From: Catajapyx aquilonaris
Taxonomy: Eukaryota
Assembly: GCA_000934665.2 (NCBI GenBank)
Contig: JYFJ02002576.1
Coordinates: 1 to 64,000, forward strand
Direction: 5' to 3'
DNA: 64,000 bases
Under the pieces are notes generated by a model. It saw only the letters and a program-made list of their open reading frames with translations. It was not told the DNA's origin and searched no databases. Positions 52,799-64,000 of this stretch are shown here, in pieces. Each line of letters begins with the position of its first letter. The stretch's first letter is position 1. The translations under genes were made by a program, and so were the position numbers.

Positions 52799-52953
52799 CA
52801 TCCTGATAAATATGCAACCGCATGCTTGTCGAAGTAGATGTATAACCGACAGGATGAGAAACATTTCAAGAAAATTTTTGCAACTGAATGTTGCTCATCC
52901 TGCCAGTTATACGTCTACTGCGACAATCATGCGGTTGCATAGCTATTAGGATG
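52799..52953. repeat. 155-bp hairpin (67-bp arms, 9 mismatches, no indels, 21-nt loop)
   Basis: catcctgataaatatgcaaccgcatgcttgtcgaagtagatgtataaccgacaggatgagaaacatt pairs with aatgttgctcatcctgccagttatacgtctactgcgacaatcatgcggttgcatagctattaggatg. Confidence 0.9.
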
Positions 52954-55437
52954 CACAAACTCACTGGAACCGGCCCTAACAGGAAATCCAGCCTTCGTTT
53001 CAGATGTGTAAGTGTATGTTTGTTTGTTCATGTAGAAGTTACATGTATCAATTTTCAGGCATTACCGAGGAGGCGAAAGTATAGTAGGTAGGTGGTTCAG
53101 TTTCGATGTCACAGAGCTCCCTCGTCTCTAACGGACACCTTCATCCGGTTAATACGGCATTAGAATCTAATAGGATTATAAGCAGATAGATACACATAAG
53201 GGTATTAGTAGAACGTGGATAACACAAAATAATGTGTCTGTCTTTCTCCTATCAATGCATATGACATTCCATAGGTATACCAAAATGGGACGTTTAAGGG
53301 GGAACAAGGAGCAAAGTAGCTTTGCTATTAAAGTTATTTGCTGCTTTTATTACACGAGTTTTGTTGGTTTTACATTCGTTTATATTAGTGCTATATGCGT
53401 TATAATATTATGTGTTATATGCGTTATATGCGTTATTATGCGTGAAGAGCATCCACATTTGCTATGTATTTTGAATGAACTAAATTCCCCGCCAATATAG
53501 AGAAAGCAAAAGTCGCAGGACAATCGATGGCAATATCCGGTACTTTAACGAAACTCCGCTCCAGTTGTCTTCTAGCACTAACTTGACATAATTACTGCAA
53601 TGGAATGAGGGCTAAGAAGCAGCAACTGAATAGTCCTCTAATAAGGTTCAAAAAAAATGTATCACTTCCAATAGTCTCCCAGATTTTCCTGTACTGGTGA
53701 CATGAAGAGCTAAAATGGGGGATGCTGGAACATCGATCCTTCAACACAATCCTCTTTGGGTTAGGTACGGGGCCAAGTGATGGGGCCGAACAAGCCGTTT
53801 CTCTCCACAACCCCTCCCATCCCCCNGAAACTGGTATCGACCATTGGGCCTCCTCCCTTCCTTTTTTTGCAATGGCCATATTCCGTGATGGGTTGGACCC
53901 ACACTTTTTTTTTTTAAAAAAAAAAGGAGTCAATGTGACCACCTCTTGAGAGAAAGAGAAATATGCAGAAAGTGAAATGCCAAGTGTCGGCAATGATAAA
54001 CGACCCCTTCGCGTTCGGACCCGGAATTCCGCGGGACAGCCTATAATGTCATACCCTGCGTGACCTTATGTCCTTTCCCTTTACATAATCACGAACCCGC
54101 CATCCAGAATTTCAAAGTCCTTGTCCGGAAACCTGGCCCCGAGGGGTGGGAGAGGGAGGAAGAACAGCCCTATTGAAATTTATGAAAGCTTTAATACTTG
54201 GTGCAGGTGTATCGAGTGCGCCTGGCAGTAATTCACGGGACGCTCTCGTCCAACATTTTCCAGGAGCCTTAATCTAAATTGAATCTTGATAGGGCCTCCC
54301 CCGTAATTCATCAGCGGGGGAGGAAAGTTTTAGGTCTATTAAAATGCCTGGCTCGGGCCTTGTCCCCTTGCTATTCAGAAGCTGCCCTCTGACAATAGTT
54401 GGGAGCTGTGCAATCGTCTCTTTTCATCGCTCCGAACAAAAGTGTCTCCCCCTGAAAAACTTGTTTCCTGGGACGCTCAAGTGCATTCATGTCATTTGCC
54501 ATCAGGTAGAGAGCCCGGCCTTCCATCTGTCTGCTTTCTCTTTTTGTTGCCCATCCTCTTTCTAGTTATTGCAATCAACATGTCACTCAAACTATTCCAA
54601 CGGGAATGTATTAATCGCCCAAGAGACGCGCACTGTGTACTAGTTGAAATATAGCTCATGTTCAACGTATCCTCCTTTGAAATTTATGAACATGGCATGG
54701 CTGCCCTTTACACAACAATATACCGTACCTTACAAGTTCGAATAATAATCCAAAGCAGAATATGTGCATGCGCCTTTAAACGGGCTGAAATAGTAAACAA
54801 TCCATCAATTTTTACATATTCTAGACTACGCATTTCAGTTTTTTTTGCTCTAACATAATAAAGTTGATGTACTGTATTAGTATTAGTAGATAACTTTAAC
54901 ATAACTTACTATACTTCACACATCCACTAGTCAAATTCTGGCAGTTTCGAGTTATTTACACCATCGAGTAGCATATTACTGTCGCCTAGTAAAGTCCGTT
55001 TAGGCCTAAAGATTCATTATGAGCCAGCAAGCCATGTTCTGCCTTAACTCGCATGTAAGAAGTGCAAGGTAAAATCTTTGCTTTGGCTTATCTCTAAACA
55101 GGTCTTTTGAACACTGAATTTCTAATGGTGGTAATCCACACCCCTAAAAGGGCTTCGTTCCCTCCAATGGGGTAAAACAAAAAAGAAACTCTGGATTTCG
55201 CTTGCATTCCGACGATATAATAATGTAAAAAATTACTAAATGTTGCATAATTACAGTAACGATATTTATATTCTAAATAATATTGTGTAACAGATCATAT
55301 ATAGGCTATAAGCAAACGGAAATTGCTGCATTGTTAAGTAGGCTACTTTAGCAGGGTTTTTTTATTTCAGTGCCACGCAGCTGGACAGTCAACCCATGCA
55401 ACTTTCCACAGTCAGGCCTATAAGTATTTTATTCTAN

Positions 55438-55492
<55 letters not shown>
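55438..55492. repeat. (CT)n microsatellite abutting an N
   Basis: Directly visible. Confidence 0.95.
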
Positions 55493-55495
<3 letters not shown>

Positions 55496-58400
55496 CGGGA
55501 ATGAAGGTTCGTTTCCAATTCAGAGGCGATAGAAAGCCACTTATTGGAGCGACCCGATCCCCTTAAACTTTCCCTATCCTAAGAATAAACATTCCTGACA
55601 AGTTAGCGGCCAGAATAGAACCCGTGCTTGTCCCACCTGCCGCCTACTCCCAATCGATACAAGAAGCAGATAAAACACTTCCTTTTGTCTCACCCTCTCC
55701 TCCATTCCTTCCTTTTTTTTTATACTGGTTGAGAGAAAAGAGCTGGAGGAGCTCCCTGGTCTCGCTGCTATGATATGCAAATCGGAGGGAAAGCCCTGCC
55801 AACTTCTCCCAGGAGTCAAAGGGTTGCAGCGACAGACAGTAGGCGCCTCAAAACTCACTTTGCCAAAAAGAAGGGGCGTTTTGGAGCAAGCCACTTTGCC
55901 TTTCCCTTCGCTTCTCCAATTGAAGACCGCTCAGGGTCAAAGGCCCAAAGCAATGCAACACTTTTTTGGGTGTGAAGCTGAGGTAGTGGAGCGATATATA
56001 TATAAAAAATGGGGGAATAAAATGCAGTATTTGTGGAGCAAAAGGTCACATTGCTGAAGGTCACTTGCTGAATGATACTTTCGTACCTGATGTTCAAATG
56101 TGCAGTTTCACCTTTCAACTTAGAATACTGCCAGACTTTAACTTCAAAAATATTAGGAAATAGTCTGCTTAAATTATTTCTTCGCATGCTATGCTAATGA
56201 TTTTTAAATGACGGCTGACTGAAGCGTGATATAACAATGACTTTACATTGAGGCAGACAGCAATTATTCGCTAATTAATAATTATACTTCGGACTGGGCA
56301 CATTGGTAGTGCATAACGTCGCAGATATGTCCATTGTTATGGAGTATTTTCAACCTAAGTGAGTGCATTTGTGACAATTGAATTCCCTGTACCGTACATA
56401 TGCGGGCTTATATAATTATGCTGTGGTGCTTCACGTATTATGCGCATTGCGAAGTTTCAATGCAGCTGTCATTTGGTTCCGCCCAATTTTTTAATAAGAG
56501 GGCCAGGAGGAGCTGAGTAAACACCTTCCTGAATAAACCATATTATTCGCAGAGATTTAGTCGGGCTTTTACTGATAGATTCCAAACTCCCTTAATTGGA
56601 TCTCCTTATCTGCAAAATCCAGAACTTCACTTGGCCAAGAAATTGCGGTTAATAAGGTAAATTATATCTTATATAACGCCATTAGAGGAAGGCGAATCTC
56701 TTGAGAAAAGGGCACGTTGGCATTTTTTTTCTCTTCCCCCTACTATCCCATACTTCCTTGATCTGGCGCTGGAAATCTGCACAATTTTCTTGGGCAATTG
56801 CCTAGGGGATTCCTGTGTGCTCAAGAGCGCTTTCATAATGAGTACCGGTGGGCAATGGCATTATAAACTCGCAACGAATTGCGCACTCAATTCGCTGCCT
56901 AGCAGTCAGTGACGCCAAAGTTGGCTGGAAGACTTCTTGGGCGGCTCCCGTCTCAATGAAAACGCCCAGGAAATGCAGATGAGCTTAGACCACGCCACAA
57001 AAGAATTTATCGTTGAAAACCAGCTGGCCTTAATACCCTCCCATCGCAGAGAAATACGACAGAAACTTTCAGGCTAAATCCGGCCTTCTTGTAGGAGGCA
57101 TCTGCTAAGATAGCTACACTTGGGACTGTTTGTTGGGGAGAATTATACAACTTACTGCTATTATACGCTAACTGACGGATCTTCAACTCCGAAGATTAGC
57201 CAACGTGGCGCTTGCCTGACTGCTTCAAACGTTAGCGAGCATAGGTTGCTTGTACGTTAAACGGCTATCAGTTTAGAGTAGTGCTTATGTATAGTTTGAT
57301 CATTTAAGGAACCGGTGCAAAGCCGTTATGGTGCGATGGCTGCTACAATAAGTACCATCTGACCACAAAGAGGCCAGCTGATTAATTGGCTTAATGTGCT
57401 GAGGTCAACTTACTAACGGTTGTAATGAATCATTCTGAAGCACATTTTATCATTCCATTTCTACATAATTATGAAGATCTGATATTCAGAACGGTCAGCA
57501 TCACATTTCGGTCCTGATTAAGTTAGTCATAATCATATAGCACTTGACTTATAGCCTACTGTTTTTTTCTGGTGATCAACTCCGTTTTCTGTAGACTCTA
57601 GAGAAATTTTTGAAAAAAGTTATCCCAACCTTCGCATCACAGAATCTTTCGATTGTGACTGATAGTTCTGAATTTATTCACAACATTCCAGTAGTTTTAC
57701 GCTCAAGTTCCCATATCGTGGTTACTTGGGTAGGCATAGACCTTGCCTGAACCGATCTTGAGAACCAAGCTGTTAGCTAGGATTAGTGAAATACTGCAAG
57801 CGACGTAAACTGGGGCTGAAATTTTTGATCCCGTCATGGCCATCAGTTTTGACACACCCGGTAGTGGCATCTCAGATTATAGGAGTCATTCAAGAATGAT
57901 TCATTACAACCGTTAGTAAGGTGGAGAAAGTTGGCCTCCGCACATTAAGCCAAGCATCTCCTACCGCACTTAATTAAAAGGCCCTAATTCAGCAGATAAC
58001 GGGGGCCATTAGGACAGCTTTTAGTTGCGTCGTGTCATTCACCCAATGGACATTATCTAGGGTGCTGCGCAGCGACAACATTGTCACCTTTACTATCTGG
58101 AGGATTATAATTTTGTACTCGCCTCATTAGACAATTGTCCACATGAGAGCTCCTGTCACGAAAATCATGTCCCCCCACCAACGGCAGGGGGCGAGGTTGG
58201 CGACGATGCCAAGGAGGACCCTCATTTGTAAACAATGAGGCTCCATACATGCCTCTGACATTTACGAGTTGCTAATGGTTCCAGATAGGGCCTATTCCAA
58301 CTGTGGGGGGTGTTGCAATTATAATTAGTTTCTCCCATAGCATTAGCACACACAGCGGGGCGAGGTGGTAGAGATGGATGTCAAAATGGCGGCAGTGCGC

Positions 58401-61400
58401 TGAAACTTTTGCTCCATCATGTCCCACGAGGGGCTGGCGATGGAGTAAACAAAATTCCACAGCTGCGTGAAAGCGCACTAGGTGATAATTGACATAGGTT
58501 GTCCCTTTTGGGATGCACACTGGTGGTCGCAAAAAATTGCAAAACACCCATGTATTGTACAGCCACCGCATAAGATAAGCGAACCGAAGCTATAATCGCC
58601 TGCAGCCAATCCGAACTTGCATTATGCAGGCACATTTAACTATGGTGGAGGAACTCCTCAGAATTTTGGCTAACACTCAAAAAATGTGGCTGATGAATAC
58701 TTAGATTCTCGTTATATTTTGTTATGAGTTGATGTAAAGCAGTGCAATAAATCACGTTTAGCTCGATTTGAATTGCTACAGGTCAATGTAGTAATCATGT
58801 GTCTGGATTAAAGTGAATAGTACGATAATACATCATTTGGATCGAACAAACAACAGACATTATTAGACTATATAGGTTTAAATTGACGTGAATCAAAGCT
58901 CAGACAAAAATATTATTTTGGCTCATTTATAAGTGCTCTATGTCTATACAATATTTGCCACTGTTACAACCTGTTCCCTGATTGTTGTTTTTCACTTACA
59001 CTGTTGGAGTAAAAAAAAATCCATAATATTGTTTTCTCTTCTGTCATTGCTAAAGCTGTCTGGTTGGCAAGTTATTCACCCTAAGTAATCAGACGTCGCA
59101 GCTCCAGGTCTAGTGCAACCGTCCTAAGCTGTTGCTCATTACTCACTTGAAAAGATTAGGTGTACATTTACGACCCTTGACCTCGCAGACCCAATTTGTT
59201 AATGCTACACATCTCACAAGGAGTGTTCATGTATTTTCCAGTAACCAGGTTCTCTTATTTGTATAGGCTACCCTAGTCCTGCTAGGGAGTGTGGTGGAAG
59301 AGGGGGTGGAGTGGGCGTAAGCACCTCTTGTTATACCCGGTTCCCCAACACCGTGTCTTATTCGATCCTAGCCAACCCCCGCTTTGGAGATGAGATGGCC
59401 GTGAAGCTAATACACTATTTCAAATTCACTGAGCTCCTCGGGATTATTTTGCGGCTATGCGGGCACGGCGCTCAGCAAGATGCTCCCATGTGCCGTGGAT
59501 TCTAAATTAGATTAGATGCATTATTATAATCCCCGGTTGTAGCTAGGGTGCCCGCTTCTAACTAGAGCGATGCCAGAGCTCCGCATTTTTTTTCACTTTC
59601 CTTGCAATGTTAAATCCAGGGAGTGTGAGATTGTACGTACCTTCCGGTATACTCGTCTGCATATATGCAATGCGAACTTTCTTTCGGGAATGGCGGTCAC
59701 CGCTGTGCTCATCTCTGAACAAACTTTTTAACGTCCCTCGAGAGGTCCGAACCGCTTGGCACCAATTACAAATATAACTTCCACAGTGGTCATAAACCAC
59801 TTATGTCGCAGTATCTCCCTCGGTGCAATTAAAAGTCCAGCCTGCAATAGCTGAGGCTTAAACAAACATTGCTCGTATATAACGTCTTACAAAAGGTTAA
59901 CAATGCTAAGTATTATCACGACTGTAAAGGATGCGAGGTAAATAAATGACAGGATTTGACGGTTGAGTACGACTATTCATATGGCCATTGGATTTTTATT
60001 TTTGCCTTATTCGCTACTAGCTATAACATCGTATCAAGCCCCCAAAAAAGGGTAAATCCTGACATTATAAAACCGTCAGTTATACTGTAGCATGGTGAAA
60101 GTGCCTACGAGACGTTTGGAAGAAACTTTTTTGACAGTCTTATATTCTACGCAGAAACGCTGTCATGCTGCTCCACATCTGAAGGTAGAAATGATATAGT
60201 GTACCCGACAAAATGCAAATGACGTAATTCATTCTAAGACCATTGCTCACAAGTGGCGAGTCGATTGAAGCAGTGCACTTTTGTTCACCCACTGCCGTTT
60301 GACTCAACTTTTCCCCTTACTTTAAAAATGGAATCCATTAGAATCCCTATACCCTAAGTATAAAGTTGGGATACTCTCTAAACTTTTTCTCGATAGAAAA
60401 CTGCAACTTTTTTTTCTTTCTCTCTTTTTCTAGAAATTGTTGACTATTTCCAAACGGAGCGTTCCGAACGCACTAGTGCCATGCGATTGCATTCCTCTTG
60501 ATATATTCCAAAGAGCTTATCTGGAATGTAACAGTGAATGGGCTGCCTGGTTGTCTGCAGAAAGCAGGACAAGTTGGTCCATCCTTTGTCGGAAATGGTG
60601 TCTTTACGTGGCTTTGCGAGGCTAGCATTGCACAAAAGGGTCAACTAACAGCACCTGCGCTTCCCCGCTAGGCCTTTTCAAGTAGATTCTATTCTTAAAG
60701 GTCTTAGTGCGGTTGGAACCGGTGAACTTTATAATGCACAGTGTGCCTGGAGAATTGAACCCAAACCAAAAATTCCCCGTATCCAGGGTAGGCAGCACTA
60801 TCCCAATTTTTTTTTTCAGCGCCGTTTCCACAAGATTTACAAGGCATTTTTATCCGCTTAGATTCCACAGAATGTGGCACACGAAGCATCTCCCCCTCCC
60901 AAATCCCCCTCCTCGTTAATCTTTTCCATTCTGTGCCGCAACACAGCAGCTATCCGGATCCTATACACTGCTTCCCCCTCTCTTGTGTGACAATAAGCTA
61001 TTACACTGCATCCCATCCGTCAGTCTTTTCATCTGGAAGCAGATTATCCTCTCCTCGATCCCATTTTCTACTTGGTCATTTCCTCAGCATAAGAGAAGGA
61101 GCGAATCATACCATGATGGACCCACTGTTTCAAAATATATAGATACGCTAGGATTGTTTTTTTCTTTAGATGAACGTATAGTCTGTGCAGCATTATGCCT
61201 CAGGAGGATCATAAAACTTTGCTTGTTTTGCTGCAAGTAAGGAAAACTAATGGGGCAGGATTAGTCATTTTTCTTCAGGCTCCCAAAATGGTAGTTGGAG
61301 TTGGTGAAACTGCAAAGTGAGTTGATTTTTGCTTAAAGGGGAATAAAGGCAGTACTATGTGTTGTTGTAAGTTGTGCTCACCAGTATCATCAGGGAGAGT

Positions 61401-62759
61401 TCACTTCGCTGCACAAGGAAAAGTGAAGGTGAATGACTGGGGTAGATCGTACTGTCATACCCGGGTCCTGTTTATGACTTTATGTAATGACAAAGGTACT
61501 GTCGTACAGCCTTTGAACTCTCCCGATTGCTTGATGATAATTACTCCGATTACATATTGTGAATACGTGTATTCCAAGGTGGTCAGTTTGACTTACCCAA
61601 AGATGACCAATGAGTAGACAATTTTTCTGTGTACTGTCATAATCGGATGTACTGGTGTTATTGCCTAAATTGCGTTTCTACAATCTGGCCGTGTTGTGCC
61701 ATATTTTGGATCCAAAGGCACAGCTTGGATATAACATAATAGTGGTTGGTTGAGAAAGCAAAACAAAAAACACGCAATTAGGCCATTAGCTCTTGATTAG
61801 GCATAATATACTAGTCAGAAAGGGCTCAGCTTCCCGGAGTGTATATATGTTAAGCTCAAACCTCGAAGGTCATTGCGGGAAAATAACTGCCAGACCGAGA
61901 AATGCTCCTTTTCAAATCATCCATTCCATGGAATGGTCGTTTTCAAAACTGCCCGAACCCGAAATGCTTTTTTTTAAAGGCCAGAACTCTTTCTGGACTA
62001 AAGGAAGATGTCAGGACGCGAATTTCGTGTCTTGATGGCTGGTTTAGAAAACTGCCATAACGCATTGTGGCAGTTTCCTGTTTCCCACTACGACAAATAG
62101 TTGCTGGAAATAAATCACCATATTGTTGTTTGGCAAATGGTTGGAATACTGAAAATTATTTTGATGATCCATTTATTAACATTCTCACTTGTATGATACA
62201 TCTATTCCCAGGAACTGTTATACATTCAATTATATTATGTTATTTGTCCTTACAGGCACTGTTAGAGTGACACTTAGAATTACATTTAGTATTACTAGAA
62301 TGATATTTACAACTGGTAGATCCCAGATGCATTAACTTCTATAACAACCCCTTACACATTCCTATAGGAGACAAACACCCGAACCACGACGCGACGCTTC
62401 TTCCTTTTTTCTGATTGAATATAATGCAACTTGACGCTTACGGATATTACGCTTTATGCTCTCTCTCCTATTACGTATACAGTATTTTATGCTCTCTCTC
62501 CTTAAACACAGGTTGCGAGTTACTTTTGCTATCCAAACCCCACATTTTCTTCTGTATATTTTCCACAGATAATGTGAAAATACTGATCACAAACAAAACA
62601 CTTGTGAGCACCAGAAGACTCTTTTTCACAAACCGCACAGTTGCCTACACTTGTTTTTCAGTCACTTTCTCAACTGTTTCATCTTGACACCTACAAGTTA
62701 GTTAGTTAGTATTTGCTCTATCTTCTGCTCTGAAGGTTTTAGTTTCTTATTCTTCATCA

Positions 62760-63200
62760 GATTGTATTTTATTGCTGCTAATATTTGTGAGGTAAAGAGT
62801 TGTTCTAATTCCTTTTCAGTTTCTATTGAAGTGTAGACGCCCTTGTGAAAAGAGGAGAATATTCAAGTCCGATCCTTTGTGCTCTGCCAAGCAGAGCTTC
62901 ATAAGGGCTGGTCTTATAATTCATTCGTGCACCGGTCGGTTCTTCTTGCTCTGAATGTAACAAAGACCATCGGACCTTTTCTGGGTGTTGTTGTCGGCCA
63001 TCCACGCTACCAACATGTCTCGAACATCTTGGTTTGCTGTTGTCTTTTAAATCCTATTATTTTCTTGGGTTTTCGATGGTGCAGATGGCACATGATGGCG
63101 GCAGCTTCGAGTTGTTTAGCTATATAATGATAATGAAAACGCTGAAATAAAGTACATGAAGCCGATCGAGGATGTTTGGCTCCTACAGGAATGTGTCGGT
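62760..63200 (-). pseudogene. Ginger2/KRBA2-SCAND3-like integrase-type transposase relic
   Basis: The minus strand gives TANQDVRDMLVAWMADNNTQKRSDGLCYIQSKKNR, then after a frameshift KTSPYEALLGRAQRIGLEYSPL and TEKELEQL. This matches the ERANQDIxNMLxxWMxDNxTxxWSEGLRFVQFxKNR..SPYEAMFG..GL pattern. Confidence 0.8.
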
Positions 63201-63724
63201 TGTTGTAGATGTTAAGGCATCTAGGCTCTTTATACTAGTTGAGCACCAAGGGGGGTCATTTTAGAGATGCTGTACGCCATAGTGGCCCTCGCTCGTGGCT
63301 GGCTGCACGTACTGGTTTGCTGGTTCGTTGTTCCATCCACTTCTGGATTCGTCTCGATCGTAGGAATGCGAATGGTGACTATACTACTTCTCGAACTTGA
63401 CCCAACTCTCAGGGAACAGGACCTCCGGCTGGTGATACAGCCGGATACAGCTGACTCGGCAAGGCTCTGATTTGGTAGTCTACGTCTGGTCGGTGCTTCG
63501 GTGATGAAGGGGGATGATACGCGTCCCCTTCCCGAAGGCTAAATGGTAAGGAGGGAATGTCACCTTCGAAACAGTCGGTAGCTGGAGCATGCTGGGAGAA
63601 AGATAAGATAAGGCGGAAAACCTGGGGGAAAAGGAGTGGTGTTCTGCTGGAGGTATGTTTCCCAGGATACCGTGAGGAATAATCCTCGCACTGGCACTGT
63701 TACAATCTGAAAATGCACGCATTA

Positions 63725-63925
63725 AGATGCACGTTACACGGCAGCTTTGTATCGCTTTTCAGGGAGTCGCTTCGGGTCGAGCGATTCATCGCTGTCGTGT
63801 AACTTGTGCTAAAGCGCTTCAAAACTCGAAGCGACGTTCGCTAGCGCCTTCAGATAAACTACCTTGTACAATCGCTTCAAGGGATTAGAAGCGGGTTAAG
63901 CCTGATGCCGTGTAACTGGACGACC
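63725..63925. mobile_element. Decayed Harbinger-like MITE
   Basis: GTTACACGGCA (63733) / TGCCGTGTAAC (63906-63916) inverted repeat, with internal repeated tcgctt/aagcg motifs and a third gtgtaac copy. Confidence 0.45.
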
Positions 63926-64000
63926 CTTCAAGAACGTTCTAACATACGTTGCCAGCTGTGTCTTTGCAGTACCGGGATCGCAAAAAAACTACATACCGGC

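Overview
Eukaryotic, repeat-rich genomic DNA, most likely arthropod ((TTAGG)n-type repeats, insect-style MITEs and SINEs, an Ig gene of the beaten path family). The only host gene I can support is the 3' part of a + strand beaten-path (Beat)-like Ig-superfamily gene. It has five small GT-AG exons (6565-6700, 14324-14457, 22576-22680, 24854-25001, 36997-37091) that splice in phase into about 205 aa: the end of Ig domain 1, Ig domain 2, a Gln-rich stalk and a hydrophobic GPI-signal-like tail. Its 5' exons were not found and probably lie upstream of the window. The introns and the roughly 27 kb downstream contain long foldback MITEs (Tc1/mariner-like, Kolobok-like), two microsatellite-embedded elements carrying (CCTAA)n arrays, a Helitron/Helentron-like end and tRNA-derived SINEs. 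They also hold a perfect 62-bp palindrome, decayed transposase and retroelement relics (mariner, DD37D/maT-like, Ginger2/KRBA2-like integrase, BEL/Pao) and microsatellites. Nearly all entries in the ORF track are spurious. There are no prokaryotic features (no operons, CRISPR or rRNA). Family assignments come from recalled motifs, not database searches.
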